45,816 nt of DNA from an uncultured Actinomycetes bacterium (GTDB lineage: Bacteria > Actinomycetota > Actinomycetes > S36-B12). The notes below the pieces were generated by a model. That model was given only the letters and a program-made list of their open reading frames with translations. It did not search any database and was not told the origin of the DNA. The stretch lies in contig CAJXUJ010000001.1 of the NCBI GenBank assembly GCA_913061025.1, forward strand, positions 1-45,816, in the 5' to 3' direction. A program made the translations under genes and the position numbers. How positions within the stretch are numbered: position 1 is the stretch's first letter; each line of letters opens with the position of its first letter. This document shows positions 9,838 to 22,037 of the stretch, piece by piece.

Positions 9838-10985
9838 CAGCGACCACCGTCCTTGCGGTCGTGGATCGCTCGGGCGAAGCGATCGAACAGGTAGGCCGAA
9901 TCGTGTGGACCGGCCGCCGCCTCGGGGTGGTACTGCACGCTGAACGCCGAACCATCGACAAGTTCGAGGCCTTCCACGACGTCGTCGTTCAAGCACACGT
10001 GGGAGACGCGCGCCGGACCGTAGGGAGTGTCGAACTCCTCGCCCAACGGTGCCTGCACCGCAAAACCGTGGTTGTGCGCGGTGACCTCCACCGTGCCCGT
10101 AGTGAGGTCCTTGACGGGCTGGTTGATGCCGCGGTGTCCGAAGCGGAGCTTGTAGGTGCCGAGGCCGAGTGCACGTCCGAAGATCTGATTGCCGAAACAG
10201 ATGCCGAAGACGGGGATCTTGGATTCCAGGGCCGAGGACATCACCTGCACCGCGTGGTCGGCGGTGGATGGATCTCCTGGGCCGTTGGAGAAGAAGACGC
10301 CATCTGGCTTGAGCGCAGCGATCTGTTCCCAGGTGAAAGCCGCGGGAACCACGTGGACCGTCATACCGCGCTCGGCCATTCGGTGCGGGGTCATCGACTT
10401 GATGCCGAGGTCTACCGCCACCACCGTGGCAACCGAATTGCCGATCGCCTCGACGGTGTAAGGCTCGACCGTACTGACATCTGCGGTGAGGTTCGCCCCC
10501 GACATCGACGGACTCGAGCGCACGAGTTCCAGCAGTTCCTCCGGTGACCGCTGTGCAGCAGGCCCGCTGAAGATCCCGACCCGCATGGCACCGGCGTCGC
10601 GCAGGTGGCGGGTCAGCGCGCGCGTGTCGATTCCCGAGATACCAACGACGCCGTAATCGCGGAGTTCGTCGTCGAGACTCCGCCGCGCGCGCCAGTTGGA
10701 CACGATGCGCGATGGTTCGCGAACGACGTATCCGGACACCCAGATCCGTGAGGACTCCGGGTCTTCATCGTTGACGCCGGTATTACCGATGTGCGGCGCG
10801 GTCATGATCACCACTTGGCGGTGATAACTCGGGTCGGTGAGTGTCTCTTGGTAGCCGGTCATGCCGGTGGAGAACACGGCCTCCCCGAAGGTCTCGCCGA
10901 CCGCACCGAACGCTCGACCGTGCATGGTCCGTCCGTCCTCCAAGACCAGGACCGCCGGTTCGGGCATTCCCGACTGACTACTCAC
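9837..10985 (-). CDS. carA: Carbamoyl-phosphate synthase small (glutaminase) subunit
   Basis: Shows [47 protein letters not shown], the catalytic Cys in [10 protein letters not shown], and HNHGF. I chose the GTG at 10985 because GGGAGAA lies 6 nt upstream. The ATG at 10967 is an equally conservative alternative. Confidence 0.93.
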   Translation of the reverse strand: MSSQSGMPEPAVLVLEDGRTMHGRAFGAVGETFGEAVFSTGMTGYQETLTDPSYHRQVVIMTAPHIGNTGVNDEDPESSRIWVSGYVVREPSRIVSNWRARRSLDDELRDYGVVGISGIDTRALTRHLRDAGAMRVGIFSGPAAQRSPEELLELVRSSPSMSGANLTADVSTVEPYTVEAIGNSVATVVAVDLGIKSMTPHRMAERGMTVHVVPAAFTWEQIAALKPDGVFFSNGPGDPSTADHAVQVMSSALESKIPVFGICFGNQIFGRALGLGTYKLRFGHRGINQPVKDLTTGTVEVTAHNHGFAVQAPLGEEFDTPYGPARVSHVCLNDDVVEGLELVDGSAFSVQYHPEAAAGPHDSAYLFDRFARAIHDRKDGGR

Positions 10986-11616
10986 CTGGTTCTCCCTGGG
11001 TATCGGGGCCTGGCTCTGCACGCTCTCCATGCACGAGACCGACGGCCATGAGTCCATCCAACAATGCCCGGTGATCGTCTCCGTCATCCGCCCGGAAACC
11101 GGTATCCACGGACAGGTCTCCCAGGAGCCAGGTCACGATGATGACGCTGTCCTTGCCGCGGACAGTTCCCGCGACCCCGCGGTCAACTCGGACACTCTGG
11201 ATGTCTTCGAGAGGAATGAAGAATGAACGGGCGCCGTGCCGCTCAAGCGCAATTCCCGACGGTGCCACGGCGATGTGGGCGCGGCTGCGAACACCAAGGC
11301 CGTGGGCGGCGATCCGGTCCAACCACTGACCCGCCGTGGATGTCCCAACGTAGAGACCCGGTACGGCGTCGGGCCGTGAATCCAGGTCACCGTCGAGGAC
11401 GATGTCATCCAATGCGAGCGGCTCGCTGACCGCGGACTGGCTGCGAACCCGTCGCTGCCAGCCGCGACGCATTCCCCACAACGCGAGCGCGATCGCGCCG
11501 ACCATGACGGCCACCAGGGCGATGCGCTCGGGCCAGTTGGTGACGCCGGCCTGCTCGGTGAAGTCCTCGGCCAGGATCAGCGGTTCGGTGACAGCGGCGC
11601 TGATGGTGGAGATCAT
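10978..11616 (-). CDS. Conserved actinobacterial membrane protein of unknown function embedded in the pyr operon (positional equivalent of M. tuberculosis Rv1382)
   Basis: 212 aa. One clear TM segment ([18 protein letters not shown]) is followed by a soluble domain. Its ATG makes an ATGA overlap with the pyrC stop, and its 3' end abuts or overlaps carA. The same slot in Mycobacterium is occupied by an uncharacterised membrane protein. Confidence 0.75.
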   Translation of the reverse strand: MISTISAAVTEPLILAEDFTEQAGVTNWPERIALVAVMVGAIALALWGMRRGWQRRVRSQSAVSEPLALDDIVLDGDLDSRPDAVPGLYVGTSTAGQWLDRIAAHGLGVRSRAHIAVAPSGIALERHGARSFFIPLEDIQSVRVDRGVAGTVRGKDSVIIVTWLLGDLSVDTGFRADDGDDHRALLDGLMAVGLVHGERAEPGPDTQGEPGE

Positions 11617-12953
11617 GACGCGACCTCGCCCGAGACAACCTGGCCATCCACAACTGTGGGACGACCGCGGAAGACCACGTGACGTACGGCTCCGGCGAAG
11701 GTCCGATCGAGGTAGGGACTATTCGCACTCTTGGACTCGAACATCGCCGGGGTGACGACCGTGGTCTGGGCGGGGTCCCACACCACGAGGTTCGCAGGAG
11801 CACCGACCTCGATGACCGCGCCCTGATCGGCGACTCGACCGATGCGTGCCGGGGTCACCGACATCCGTTCACAGAGCTGCCTCCAGTCCATCCGTCCCGA
11901 TTCGATGAAGACCTGTGCCGCGATCGGCAGCGCGGTCTCAAGTCCGATCATTCCCATCGCCGCCGCGGCCCACTCGCAGTCCTTGTCCTCGCGGGGATGC
12001 GGTGCGTGATCGGTGGCGATGATGTCGATGGTGCCGTCGATCACGGCCTCGCGAAGCGCCATCACATCCTCTTCGCGCCGAAGCGGCGGGTTGACCTTGT
12101 AGATCGGATCGAAGGACGCCACGAGTTCCTCGGTCAACAGCAGATGGTGCGGGGTGGCCTCCGCGGTCACCCGGATGCCGCGGGCCTTGGCCCATCGCAC
12201 TACCTCTACCGAACCTGCGGTCGAGACGTGGCACACGTGCAGCCGTGAATCGACGTGCTCGGCGAGCAGGACATCGCGGGCGATGATCGCTTCCTCGGCG
12301 ACCGCCGGCCAGCCAGCCAACCCCAACCGACCAGAGAGTTCACCCTCGTTCATCTGGGCACCCTCGGTCAGTCGGGGGTCTTGCGCGTGCTGAGCGACGA
12401 CGCCATCGAAGGCCTTGACGTACTCCAGCGCACGCCGCATGAGCAGCGGGTCGTGAACACACAGGCCGTCGTCGCTGAACACCCGAACCTGCGCGGCACT
12501 CGACGCCATCGCCCCAAGTTCAGCGAGTTGAGCTCCCTGCAGACCCACGGTGACGGCTCCCACCGGACGAACATCGACAAGGTCCGCATCGACACCCCGG
12601 CGCCAGACCTGTTCGACAACGCCGGCGGTATCGGCAACCGGTGCGGTGTTCGCCATCGCGTGCACGCAGGTGAAGCCACCCTTTGCCGCTGCGCGCGATC
12701 CGGTGGCGATGGTTTCGGAGTCCTCGCGTCCGGGCTCGCGGAGATGGGTGTGCAGATCCACCAGACCGGGTAGCAGCACGCACCCCGCAGCATCGAGTTC
12801 GACGTCGAAGACTTTCTGCGATGCAGCTGCGCTCGCCGGCGATCCTGTAGGCGATCCTGCCGGCGATATCCGGGCAATCACGCCGTCTGAGATCTCCACA
12901 TCCTGCGCTGCTTCTCCGTAGGGCTGTACTCCCCTGATGATCATCGATGTCAC
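11613..12953 (-). CDS. pyrC: Dihydroorotase
   Basis: Shows [10 protein letters not shown], the metal ligands [10 protein letters not shown], and ATDHAPH. The GTG at 12953 forms a GTGA overlap with the pyrB stop. The ATG at 12944 is the alternative. The first 17 codons of the track ORF are rejected. Confidence 0.93.
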   Translation of the reverse strand: MTSMIIRGVQPYGEAAQDVEISDGVIARISPAGSPTGSPASAAASQKVFDVELDAAGCVLLPGLVDLHTHLREPGREDSETIATGSRAAAKGGFTCVHAMANTAPVADTAGVVEQVWRRGVDADLVDVRPVGAVTVGLQGAQLAELGAMASSAAQVRVFSDDGLCVHDPLLMRRALEYVKAFDGVVAQHAQDPRLTEGAQMNEGELSGRLGLAGWPAVAEEAIIARDVLLAEHVDSRLHVCHVSTAGSVEVVRWAKARGIRVTAEATPHHLLLTEELVASFDPIYKVNPPLRREEDVMALREAVIDGTIDIIATDHAPHPREDKDCEWAAAAMGMIGLETALPIAAQVFIESGRMDWRQLCERMSVTPARIGRVADQGAVIEVGAPANLVVWDPAQTTVVTPAMFESKSANSPYLDRTFAGAVRHVVFRGRPTVVDGQVVSGEVAS

Positions 12954-13906
12954 TGCGATCCATCTCCCTCGGAACTCGCCCCACCCAGCAGCAGATACAG
13001 ACACGCCATTCGAACATTCACTCCGTTGGCCACCTGCTCGACCACAACCGCGCGATCAGCGTCGGCGACGTCGGCAGAGATCTCCAGTCCGCGATTCATC
13101 GGCCCCGGATGCATAACGATCGCGTCGGGTGACATCAGCGCCATCCGACGCGCGTCCAGCCCGTACATCCGGGAGTACTCCAGCGTGGATGGGAAGTACG
13201 CGCCAGCCATCCGCTCGGCCTGCACCCGCAGCATCATCACGGCGTCGGCATCGGGCAGGACATCGTCCAGGTGATAACTCACCTTGCACGGCCAGTTCTC
13301 GACGCCCACCGGCAGCAGCGTCGGGGGCGCCACCAGCGTGACATCGGCTCCCAGCGTCTGCAGCAACAGCACATTGGATCGCGCCACCCGACTGTGCAGG
13401 ACATCGCCGACGATCACCACCCGCACTCCAGAGAGGTCACCTTGGCCATCGCGCGTGTGGCGACGAAGCGTGTACGCATCGAGCAGCGCCTGCGTTGGGT
13501 GTTCGTGCGTGCCGTCGCCCGCGTTGAGCACCGCACCATCGATCCACCCGGCCGTGGCGAGACGTTCTGGGGCTCCCGAGGCACCGTGCCGAATGATGAC
13601 GGCGTCGGCCCCCATCGCCTCCAGCGTCAGGGCGGTGTCCTTCAGGCTCTCGCCCTTCGACACCGAGGACCCCTTCGCGGAGAAGGTGATGACATCCGCG
13701 GACAGCCGCTTGGCCGCCAACTCGAAGGACAATCGCGTGCGCGTGGAGTCCTCGAAGAAAAGGTTCACCACCGTCCGTCCGCGCAGGGTCGGCAGTTTCT
13801 TCACCGAACGGTCGGTAACCGCAGCGAGTTCGGACGTGGTGTCCAAGATGAGCAGCGCCTGGTCGCGGGTGAGGTCAGCAGCGGAGAGCAGATGCTTACC
13901 GAGCAT
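12950..13906 (-). CDS. pyrB: Aspartate carbamoyltransferase catalytic subunit
   Basis: Shows [23 protein letters not shown] and [10 protein letters not shown]. The ATG at 13906 ([12 protein letters not shown]) is preferred, with GTG at 13918 as the alternative. Either start overlaps the 3' end of pyrR. Confidence 0.95.
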   Translation of the reverse strand: MLGKHLLSAADLTRDQALLILDTTSELAAVTDRSVKKLPTLRGRTVVNLFFEDSTRTRLSFELAAKRLSADVITFSAKGSSVSKGESLKDTALTLEAMGADAVIIRHGASGAPERLATAGWIDGAVLNAGDGTHEHPTQALLDAYTLRRHTRDGQGDLSGVRVVIVGDVLHSRVARSNVLLLQTLGADVTLVAPPTLLPVGVENWPCKVSYHLDDVLPDADAVMMLRVQAERMAGAYFPSTLEYSRMYGLDARRMALMSPDAIVMHPGPMNRGLEISADVADADRAVVVEQVANGVNVRMACLYLLLGGASSEGDGSQ

Positions 13907-14450
13907 GCTCAGCGTCACTTTCGATCAGAACGGCGTCGTCCCCGTCGGATTCGACGAACCGAACGCGAACCGCCTCATCGGTAGCGGTCGGCAGGTTCTT
14001 GCCGACAAAGTCCGGCCGGATGGGCAACTCGCGGTGGCCTCGATCGACCATCACCGCGAGCCGAACCGCGGCCGGCCTACCGATGTCATTCAAAGCATCG
14101 AGTGCGGACCTAATGGTGCGCCCGGAGTACAGGACGTCGTCGACGAGCACAACCGTTCGGCCATCGATACCGCCGGTGGGAATGTTGGTTGGTTCGAGCG
14201 CGCGCACCTGCCGTAACCGGAGGTCGTCGCGGTACAGCGTGACGTCCAGGGCTCCGCTGGGAACCGCGTGACCCTCGATCTCGGTGATGTCGTGCGCGAT
14301 TCGCTGGGCAAGCCAGACACCACGTGTTGGGATCCCCAGCAGGACGAGATCGTCCACTCCCCGGGATTTTTCAATGATTTCGTGGGCCATGCGTCGAATA
14401 GCGCGACGCATGTCAGACGCGTCGAGGACCTCGCGCGCAGGCACCAGCAA
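13896..14450 (-). CDS. pyrR: Bifunctional pyr operon regulator / uracil phosphoribosyltransferase PyrR
   Basis: 184 aa. Shows the PRTase motif [13 protein letters not shown] and LLGIPTRGV, and is the first gene of the pyr operon. The track start at 14450 is TTG. The GTG at 14444 is also possible. Confidence 0.93.
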   Translation of the reverse strand: MLVPAREVLDASDMRRAIRRMAHEIIEKSRGVDDLVLLGIPTRGVWLAQRIAHDITEIEGHAVPSGALDVTLYRDDLRLRQVRALEPTNIPTGGIDGRTVVLVDDVLYSGRTIRSALDALNDIGRPAAVRLAVMVDRGHRELPIRPDFVGKNLPTATDEAVRVRFVESDGDDAVLIESDAEHAR

Positions 14451-14456
14451 ACCTCA

Positions 14457-14488
14457 CCTTCCCCGCCTCACGGGACGGGCTTAAAGGG
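14457..14488 (-). promoter_or_regulatory. Candidate PyrR-binding RNA stem-loop overlapping the pyrR ribosome-binding site
   Basis: The minus-strand RNA reads CCCUUUAA-GCCCG-UCCCGUGAGG-CGGGG-AAGG, followed by UGAGG and the start codon. This mirrors the known PyrR binding-loop architecture: a CCUUUAA / AAGG lower stem, a GC upper stem, and a UCCAGAGAGG loop. Here the loop reads UCCCGUGAGG, matching 8 of 10 positions. The purine-rich SD (GGAAGGUGAGG) sits in the 3' arm. Confidence 0.6.
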
Positions 14489-14521
14489 ACGTCTCCAAAC
14501 CTACCGGACCTGCCAGATTGA

Positions 14522-15955
14522 TTAGACGCCGCCGCCGGGACCGGCGCTGCCCATCTTGTGCACACGCATGCCATTGGTGGTCCCAGGAATCCCGGGAGGC
14601 ACGCCAGCAACAATCACCACTCGCTCGCCGGCCGTTGCCCGACCGATGTCGAGCAGCGCCTTGTCGACCTGCATCACCATGTCGTCGGTATGACGAACCT
14701 GCGGGACGAGGAACGTTTCGACACCCCACACCAGCGCGAGTTGGCTTCGGACCCGCGGATTGGGCGTGAACGCCAACAACGGAATGGAGCAGCGCCACCG
14801 AGCGATGAGCCGGGCCGATCGTCCCGTCTCGGTGAAAGCAATGAGGTGGCTCGCCTGAACGTACTGCGCGGATGTCACAGCCGCGTGCGTCAATGCCCGA
14901 GCGGTGGACCCGGTAGCCGTCTCCTGCAAGGGCGGCAAGGTGTCGAGTGCTTCGGCTTCGACGTGCTCGATGATCCGCGCCATCGTTTCAACGACCAATG
15001 GCGGATTGTGACCCACGCTGGTTTCCCCGGACAGCATGAGTGCATCGGCACCGTCGAGGACCGCGTTCGCGACGTCGCTGGCTTCGGCGCGCGTGGGTCG
15101 AGTGGCAGTGATCATCGAGTCCAGCATTTGCGTCGCGACGATCACAGGTTTGCCGGCCTGCCGACACAGTTGGATGGCACGCTTTTGCACGAGGGGTACC
15201 TGCTCCAGCGGCAACTCCACGCCCAGATCCCCGCGAGCGACCATGATGCCGTCGAAGGCATCGACGATTTCCTGGAGATTCTCGATCGCCTGTGGCTTCT
15301 CGACCTTCGCCAGAACGGGTACGCGAATGCCTTCGTGTTCCATGACCTCGTGTACGGCCGTGACGTCTGCGGCGGTGCGCACGAAGGACAGCGCGATCAT
15401 GTCCGCTCCCGTGCGCAGGGCCCACCTCAGGTCCTCGATGTCCTTCTCGGACAAAGCGGGCACGCTCACCGGCACACCGGGGAGATTGAAGCCCTTGTTA
15501 TCGGAAACCCGCCCGCCTTCCACGACCGTGGTGTGAACACGCGGACCTTCGACCTTCGTCACCCGAAGCTCGATCCGGCCGTCGTCAACGAGGACGAGGT
15601 CTCCGGGATGGACATCATTCGGCAGACCATCGTGCGTGGTGGACACCATGGTGACGTCACCGGGTACGTCCTCGGTGGTCACGATGAATTCAGCACCGGG
15701 CTCAAGAAGAACCGGCCCCTCGGCGAAAGTACCGAGTCGGATCTTGGGCCCCTGAAGGTCGACAAGAACCCCGACTCCCCGACCCGTGGCATCCGACGCC
15801 TCGCGGACCGCGAGGTAGGCCTCGCGATGGTCGTCGTGCGACCCGTGGGACAGGTTCAAGCGAGCGACATCCATCCCCGCTTCCACGAGTCCGAGGATTT
15901 GCTCGCGGCTCGAAGTTGCAGGCCCGAGAGTTGCCACGATCTTGGCTCGACGCAT
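14522..15955 (-). CDS. pyk: Pyruvate kinase
   Basis: 477 aa. Shows MRRAKIVATLGPATSS, NLSHGSH, MVARGDLGVELP and ATQMLDSM. Confidence 0.97.
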   Translation of the reverse strand: MRRAKIVATLGPATSSREQILGLVEAGMDVARLNLSHGSHDDHREAYLAVREASDATGRGVGVLVDLQGPKIRLGTFAEGPVLLEPGAEFIVTTEDVPGDVTMVSTTHDGLPNDVHPGDLVLVDDGRIELRVTKVEGPRVHTTVVEGGRVSDNKGFNLPGVPVSVPALSEKDIEDLRWALRTGADMIALSFVRTAADVTAVHEVMEHEGIRVPVLAKVEKPQAIENLQEIVDAFDGIMVARGDLGVELPLEQVPLVQKRAIQLCRQAGKPVIVATQMLDSMITATRPTRAEASDVANAVLDGADALMLSGETSVGHNPPLVVETMARIIEHVEAEALDTLPPLQETATGSTARALTHAAVTSAQYVQASHLIAFTETGRSARLIARWRCSIPLLAFTPNPRVRSQLALVWGVETFLVPQVRHTDDMVMQVDKALLDIGRATAGERVVIVAGVPPGIPGTTNGMRVHKMGSAGPGGGV

Positions 15956-15979
15956 AAGCGGAACTTTAGCCGTAAGCGG

Positions 15980-17434
15980 TTACACAGTCAGCGGCCGCGC
16001 CGATGCCTTGATCGGTGTCGGAAGGTTGGTCGACCCCATCAGGTATCGGTCCACACTGGCGGCCGTCGCACGACCCTCGGCGATGGCCCAGACGATCAGT
16101 GACTGGCCGCGCCCGGCGTCCCCTGCGACGAATACTCCCTCCAGCGAGGTGGCGTAGTCGTCGTCTCGAGCGATGGCACCGCGCTCGGTCAACTCCAGTC
16201 CGAATTGCTCGACGAGCGGACCCTGCTCGGGGCCGGTGAAGCCCATTGCCAGGAACACCGCGTCCGCCGGAATGGTTCGCTCGGATCCGGGAACCGGCTC
16301 GAAGCGGCCGTCCTTCATCTCTACCTCGGTGAGTTCGAGGGAACGCACGTGGCCGGACTCGTCGCCCACGAAGCGTTGGGTCGAGACGGCGAACACGCGC
16401 TCGCCACCTTCCTCGTGGGCGCTGCTGACGCGGTATGTCATGGGATATGTGGGCCACGGTTGCGCGGCTGGGCGCTCCTGCGATGGCCGCGGCATGATCT
16501 CCAGTTGGGTGACGCTCGCCGCGCCTTGACGGTGAGCGGTACCCAGGCAGTCGGCGCCGGTGTCGCCACCGCCGATGATCACTACGTGTTGGTCCTTGAC
16601 GTCGATCGGCGACTCGTTGATGTCCCCTTCTTGAACCCTGTTGGCGAGCGGCAAATACTCCATGGCTTGGTAGACGCCCTGGAGTTCACGCCCGTCGATC
16701 GGTAGATCTCGCCATGCAGTTGCACCCGTGGCGATAACAATGGCGTCGTACCGACGACGCAGGTCGGCAACGGTGATGTCGACACCTACCTCGACGTTCG
16801 GCCGAAACTTCACGCCCTCGGCTTCCATCTGGGCAAGCCGCTGATCAAGGTGGTGCTTTTCCATCTTGAATTCCGGGATGCCGTAGCGAAGAAGCCCGCC
16901 GATTCGATCAGCGCGCTCGTAAACCGCGACGGTATGGCCGGCACGAGCCAATTGCTGTGCCGCCGCGAGACCGGCCGGTCCCGATCCGATCACGGCAACG
17001 GTGCGCCCGGTCAGTGACTCGGGCGGCTGTGGGGTAATCCAACCGGCCTCCCAGGCACGATCGACGATGGCTACCTCGACCTGCTTGATGGTGACCGGAT
17101 CGGAGTTGATGCCCAACACGCACGCTGCCTCGCAGGGCGCCGGACAGAGCCGACCGGTGAACTCCGGGAAGTTGTTGGTCGCGTGCAACCGCTCGATTGC
17201 CTGTCCCCAGTCGCGGTCGTAGATGAGATCGTTCCACTCCGGGATGAGGTTCCCGAGCGGGCAACCCTGGTGGCAGAACGGAATGCCGCAGTCCATGCAT
17301 CGACCGGCCTGCTTTTCCAGGCTCCTGGCGTCGAAGTCCTCGTAGACCTCGCGCCAGTCCTGGATTCGGATGTCGACAGGTCGCCGCTCTGGCAGCTGCC
17401 GCTCGGTTGTGAGGAATCCACGTGGATCAGCCAT
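15980..17434 (-). CDS. gltD: Glutamate synthase (NADPH) small subunit
   Basis: 484 aa. Shows Fe-S Cys motifs ([26 protein letters not shown]) and the dinucleotide fold [14 protein letters not shown]. The ATG overlaps the gltB stop by 8 nt. Confidence 0.96.
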   Translation of the reverse strand: MADPRGFLTTERQLPERRPVDIRIQDWREVYEDFDARSLEKQAGRCMDCGIPFCHQGCPLGNLIPEWNDLIYDRDWGQAIERLHATNNFPEFTGRLCPAPCEAACVLGINSDPVTIKQVEVAIVDRAWEAGWITPQPPESLTGRTVAVIGSGPAGLAAAQQLARAGHTVAVYERADRIGGLLRYGIPEFKMEKHHLDQRLAQMEAEGVKFRPNVEVGVDITVADLRRRYDAIVIATGATAWRDLPIDGRELQGVYQAMEYLPLANRVQEGDINESPIDVKDQHVVIIGGGDTGADCLGTAHRQGAASVTQLEIMPRPSQERPAAQPWPTYPMTYRVSSAHEEGGERVFAVSTQRFVGDESGHVRSLELTEVEMKDGRFEPVPGSERTIPADAVFLAMGFTGPEQGPLVEQFGLELTERGAIARDDDYATSLEGVFVAGDAGRGQSLIVWAIAEGRATAASVDRYLMGSTNLPTPIKASARPLTV

Positions 17435-20400
17435 TGCCGCCTCCCATCACCGCGAGAACCGGGTCCTCGCCCTTGGCGAGTGCCTCCTCGCGGAGTCGGA
17501 GTACTCGCTTGAAGTCCTGCGGCATCACCTTCGTGAAGCGGGACTTCGCGTTGTCCCAGTCGGCCAGCAGGGCTGCACCCACCGCCGAATCGGTTTCCTC
17601 TACATGGCGCGTGATGAGCGCGCGTAGTTCATCGGCATCGTCCGCGCTCAGAGGATCGAGATCCACCATCTCCGGGTTGACCCGACTCGGCGACAGGTCC
17701 AGGACGTAGGCGATGCCACCGGACATTCCGGCACCCAGGTTTCGACCGACGGATCCGAGGATGACTGCAATACCTCCGGTCATGTACTCCAGCGCGTGGT
17801 CTCCCACCCCTTCAACGACGGCGTGGACTCCCGAATTGCGAACACAGAAGCGCTCGCCCACCTGGCCACGAATGAAGATCTCGCCTCCCGTGGCTCCGTA
17901 GGCGATGACATTGCCGGCGATGATGTTGTCCTCAGCGACGAAGGGTGCGCCGCGATGTGGTCGGACGGTCAACCGGCCACCGGACAGACCCTTACCGAGG
18001 TAGTCATTCGCATCACCCTCGAGCCGCAGCGTTACACCGGCCGGAACGAAGGCTCCGAAGGATTGCCCCGCGGAACCCTGGAAGGTGATGTCAATCGTCT
18101 CGTCGGGCAAGCCGGCACCGCCGTGCGCCCGGGTGACCTCCGAGCCCAACATGGTTCCGACCGTGCGGTTCACGTTGCGGATGGGAACATTCGCCCGAAC
18201 CGGCTCACCGCGTTCGATCGCCGGGCGACACATCTCGATCAGTTCGGTGTCTAACGCAGCATCGAGGCCATGGTCTTGCGCCACAACGCGACGGCGCGGT
18301 TCACCCTCCGGCAGATCGGGTACGTGAAGGATCGGGCTGAGGTCAAGACCGTCGGCCTTCCAGTGATCGATGGCGCGACGCATATCGAGCACCTCAGCAT
18401 GACCGATCGCCTCGTCCAAGCTCCGGAAGCCGAGTTCGGCCAGGTACTCACGCACTTCCTGGGCGATGAACTCAAAGAAGTTGACGACGAATTCCGGGGC
18501 TCCCCGGAACCGTTCGCGCAACACCGGGTTTTGGGTGGCGATCCCCACCGGGCAGGTGTCGAGGTGGCATACCCGCATCATCACGCAGCCCATGACGACC
18601 AGCGGAGCGGTGGCGAATCCGTATTCCTCGGCACCCAGCAAGGCCGCGATGACGACATCGCGTCCCGTCTTCAACTGACCATCGGTTTGCACCACAACTC
18701 TGTCCCGCAAACCGTTGAGCAGCAAGGTCTGCTGGGTCTCCGCTAAGCCCAACTCCCACGGCGCACCGGCGTGCTTGAGCGACGTGAGCGGAGAGGCTCC
18801 GGTACCACCGTCGTGACCGGAAATCAGGACGACGTCCGCGTGCGCCTTGGAGACGCCCGCGGCGACCGTTCCCACACCGACTTCGGCGACGAGCTTGACA
18901 TGCACCCGCGCCCGCGGATTCGCGTTCTTCAGATCGTGGATGAGTTGTGCCAGATCCTCGATCGAGTAGATGTCGTGGTGCGGCGGCGGTGAAATAAGAC
19001 CCACGCCTGGCGTTGAGTGGCGGGTCTTGGCAATCCACGGGTAGACCTTGTGGCCAGGCAGCTGACCACCCTCGCCCGGCTTCGCACCCTGGGCCATCTT
19101 GATCTGGATGTCGTCACTGTTGACCAGGTACTCGCTCGTCACGCCAAATCGACCGGACGCCACCTGTTTGATCGCCGAACGCTTCGAATCGCCGTTCTCC
19201 AACGGGACGTACCGTTCGGGATCCTCGCCACCCTCGCCGGTGTTGGATTTGCCACCGAGACGGTTCATCGCGATCGCGAGAGTCTCGTGGGCTTCGGCGG
19301 AAATCGATCCGTAGGACATCGCACCCGTGCTGAAGCGGGCCACGATGGATTCGATCGATTCCACTTCCTCGATCGGTACCGGCTCGCGGACACCCTCTTT
19401 GAAACCGAAAAGACCACGTAGCGTCATCAGACGCTCGGCCTGCGCATTTACACCCGAGGTGTACTCGCGGAAGATGTCGAACTTCTTCTCGCGCGTCGCA
19501 TGCTGGAGTCGGAAGACCGTCTCCGGGTCGAACAGGTGCGGCTCCCCGTCGCGACGCCACTGGTACTCGCCACCGTCGGCGAGAACTCGGTGCGCCGGTG
19601 AAATACCCGAGGGCGGGTACGCGGTCGCGTGACGACGCGCCACCTCCTCGGCGAGCACGTCCAGACCGATCCCGCCGAGCTTGGTGACCGTGCCGGTGAA
19701 GTAGGCATCGACCAGTTCTTGTGACAGCCCAATGGCCTCGAAGATCTGCGCTCCTCGGTAGGACGCAACGGTGGATACACCCATCTTGGACATCACTTTG
19801 AGCAGGCCCTTGCCCATCGCCTTGATGTAGTTGCGAACGGCCTTCTCGACGCTCACGCCTTCGATCACGTGGCGATGGACGAGGTCCTCGACGGTTTCCA
19901 GGGCGAGGTACGGATTGATCGCGGCAGCGCCGTAACCGACGAGCAGCGCCACGTGGTGGACCTCGCGGACGTCGCCAGCCTCAATCAGCAGGCTGATCTG
20001 GCTGCGGGTCTTGGTTCGCACCAGGTGGTGATGAACCGCCGCGCACAGCAGCAGCGACGGGATGGGCGCCTGCTGGGCATTGCTGTCGCGATCGGACAGC
20101 ACGATGAAGCGCTTGCCCTGTCGGATCAGCGCATCAACCTCATTGAAGATCTCGCCGAGTCGCTTCTCCAGCGCGGCACCTCCGCCGCCGACCGGGTACA
20201 GACCCTTGACGCGTGCGGCGGCGAATTCCGGAAGCGTGCCGTCGGCGTTGATGTGCAGGATCTTCGCGAGTTCGTCGTTGTCGATCACCGGGAATGGCAG
20301 CAGCACCTGACGGCAATGTCCCGGCTGGGATTCCAGCAGGTTGCCCTCCGGTCCGATCAAACTTGCCAGGCTCGTGACGATCTCCTCGCGGATCGCGTCC

Positions 20401-21977
20401 AACGGCGGGTTGGTGACCTGCGCGAAGAGCTGGCTGAAGTAGTCGAACAGCAGCCGCGGCCGATTGGACAGCGCGGCGATGGGCGTATCGGTTCCCATCG
20501 AACCGATCGGTTCGGCACCGGCCTTCGCCATCGGCTCCATGATCACGCGCAGTTCTTCTTGCGTGTAACCAAACGTCTGCTGACGACGAGCCACCGATTC
20601 GTGGGTGTGCACCACGTGCTCACGTTCGGGAAGTTCCTCAAGATGGATGATGCCGGTCTCGAGCCACTCGTCGTAGGGCAACTCGGCCGCGAGTTCGGCC
20701 TTGATCTCATCGTCTTCGATGATGCGACCGGCGGCGGTGTCCACCAGGAACATGCGCCCGGGTTGGAGGCGTCCCTTGCGCACGATCGTCTCGGGATCGA
20801 GTTCCAAAACACCGGCTTCGGATGCGAGGACGACCAGACCCTCGTCTGTCACCCAGAAACGACCCGGACGAAGCCCGTTGCGGTCGAGGACGGCGCCGAT
20901 CTGCGTGCCGTCGGTGAAGCAGACGTTCGCGGGGCCGTCCCAGGGCTCCATCAACGTGGCGTAGAACTCGTAGAAGGCTCGGCGCCGCGGATCCATGTCC
21001 GGGTTGTTCTCCCAGGCCTCGGGAATCATCATCAACACGGCCTGCGGAAGCGACCGGCCACCGAGGTGCAGAAGTTCCAGCACCTCGTCGAAGCTCGCTG
21101 AATCGCTCGCTCCGGGGGTGCAGATCGGGAACAGCCGTGTCATGTCACCGGGAATGACCTCACTGGTGAGCATCGCCTCCCGGGTGGTCATCCAGTTGCG
21201 GTTGCCCTGAACGGTGTTGATCTCACCGTTGTGTGCGATCAGCCGGTAGGGGTGCGCGAGCGGCCACGAGGGGAAGGTGTTGGTTGAGAACCGCGAGTGG
21301 ACCATCGCAAGGGTGGAGGCGATATCGGGTTCGCTGAGATCCGGATAGAAGGGCGTCAACTGATCGGTGGTGAGCATGCCCTTGTACACGAACGTTCGCG
21401 AGGACAGAGAGGCGAAGTACACGCCGAGTTCGTTCTCGATGCGCTTGCGCATGCCGTAGATAAGGCGGTCGAGGTCCAAACCCCGCGCACCGTTCTCCGG
21501 ATCCGCATCCGAAACGAAGATCTGCCAGAAGGCCGGCATGCACGCTCGTGCGGTAGTTCCCACCAACGAGGCATCTGTGGGCACCTCACGCCAACCGAGG
21601 ATGCTCACGCCCTCGTCTTCGGCGATCGCATCGATCGCTGCGAAGACCCGCGCCTGCTCGTCGGCCCCTACTGGCAGGAAGCCGATTCCAGTGGCGTAGC
21701 TACCTGCCTCGGGAAGGTCCAGGCCGCTGACGCGTCGCAGGAGAGCGTCGGGGACCTGCAGCAGGATGCCCGCGCCATCACCGCTGTCTGGTTCGCTGCC
21801 GGATGCACCGCGGTGCTGGAGGTTCTCCAAGGCGGTGAGCGCCTGCTTCACGACGGTGTTGGAGGCTTCTCCACTCAGGGTTGCCACAAACGCCACGCCA
21901 CAGGCGTCACGTTCGAACCTCGGGTCGTACAGACCCTGGGCGGCCGGGGCGCTGGAGTAATGAGAGATGGAGCGCAC
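17427..21977 (-). CDS. gltB: Glutamate synthase large subunit
   Basis: Shows the Ntn amidotransferase nucleophile in [11 protein letters not shown], an FMN/Fe-S central domain, and a C-terminal GXGXG beta-helix region (GQSFGAF ... [10 protein letters not shown]). The start is uncertain. I prefer the GTG at 21977 ([19 protein letters not shown]), which has AAAGG 7 nt upstream and gives a short propeptide as in mycobacterial GltB. In-frame alternatives are the ATG at 22016 and the GTG at 22061. Confidence 0.93.
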   Translation of the reverse strand: MRSISHYSSAPAAQGLYDPRFERDACGVAFVATLSGEASNTVVKQALTALENLQHRGASGSEPDSGDGAGILLQVPDALLRRVSGLDLPEAGSYATGIGFLPVGADEQARVFAAIDAIAEDEGVSILGWREVPTDASLVGTTARACMPAFWQIFVSDADPENGARGLDLDRLIYGMRKRIENELGVYFASLSSRTFVYKGMLTTDQLTPFYPDLSEPDIASTLAMVHSRFSTNTFPSWPLAHPYRLIAHNGEINTVQGNRNWMTTREAMLTSEVIPGDMTRLFPICTPGASDSASFDEVLELLHLGGRSLPQAVLMMIPEAWENNPDMDPRRRAFYEFYATLMEPWDGPANVCFTDGTQIGAVLDRNGLRPGRFWVTDEGLVVLASEAGVLELDPETIVRKGRLQPGRMFLVDTAAGRIIEDDEIKAELAAELPYDEWLETGIIHLEELPEREHVVHTHESVARRQQTFGYTQEELRVIMEPMAKAGAEPIGSMGTDTPIAALSNRPRLLFDYFSQLFAQVTNPPLDAIREEIVTSLASLIGPEGNLLESQPGHCRQVLLPFPVIDNDELAKILHINADGTLPEFAAARVKGLYPVGGGGAALEKRLGEIFNEVDALIRQGKRFIVLSDRDSNAQQAPIPSLLLCAAVHHHLVRTKTRSQISLLIEAGDVREVHHVALLVGYGAAAINPYLALETVEDLVHRHVIEGVSVEKAVRNYIKAMGKGLLKVMSKMGVSTVASYRGAQIFEAIGLSQELVDAYFTGTVTKLGGIGLDVLAEEVARRHATAYPPSGISPAHRVLADGGEYQWRRDGEPHLFDPETVFRLQHATREKKFDIFREYTSGVNAQAERLMTLRGLFGFKEGVREPVPIEEVESIESIVARFSTGAMSYGSISAEAHETLAIAMNRLGGKSNTGEGGEDPERYVPLENGDSKRSAIKQVASGRFGVTSEYLVNSDDIQIKMAQGAKPGEGGQLPGHKVYPWIAKTRHSTPGVGLISPPPHHDIYSIEDLAQLIHDLKNANPRARVHVKLVAEVGVGTVAAGVSKAHADVVLISGHDGGTGASPLTSLKHAGAPWELGLAETQQTLLLNGLRDRVVVQTDGQLKTGRDVVIAALLGAEEYGFATAPLVVMGCVMMRVCHLDTCPVGIATQNPVLRERFRGAPEFVVNFFEFIAQEVREYLAELGFRSLDEAIGHAEVLDMRRAIDHWKADGLDLSPILHVPDLPEGEPRRRVVAQDHGLDAALDTELIEMCRPAIERGEPVRANVPIRNVNRTVGTMLGSEVTRAHGGAGLPDETIDITFQGSAGQSFGAFVPAGVTLRLEGDANDYLGKGLSGGRLTVRPHRGAPFVAEDNIIAGNVIAYGATGGEIFIRGQVGERFCVRNSGVHAVVEGVGDHALEYMTGGIAVILGSVGRNLGAGMSGGIAYVLDLSPSRVNPEMVDLDPLSADDADELRALITRHVEETDSAVGAALLADWDNAKSRFTKVMPQDFKRVLRLREEALAKGEDPVLAVMGGGNG

Positions 21978-22003
21978 GGGGGAACCTTTCGTCGCCTCGA
22001 GAT

Positions 22004-22037
22004 CATGCCTAGGCATGGCAGTTCGATGGCATATGCC
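22004..22037. promoter_or_regulatory. Two related perfect palindromes upstream of gltB; a candidate operator pair
   Basis: CATGCCTAGGCATG (22004..22017, perfect 14-mer) and GGCATATGCC (22028..22037, perfect 10-mer) share the half-site GGCAT/ATGCC. Their centres are 22 bp apart, about two helical turns. They lie 27-60 nt upstream of the preferred gltB start. Confidence 0.3.

Noticed and set aside
9838-9996. N-terminal extensions of track ORFs. Besides carB here, they occur in pyrK (6539..6673), hisC (36980..37240), the kinase (28728..29054), the Trp-associated membrane protein (31017..31097), rpoZ (3248..3373), trpA (24714..24785) and pyrC (12954..13004).
   Set aside because: Each extension overlaps the 3' end of the upstream gene and is Arg/Pro/Ser-rich. 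Each also precedes an internal start that coincides with the conserved family N-terminus and with a typical 1-4 nt stop/start overlap.
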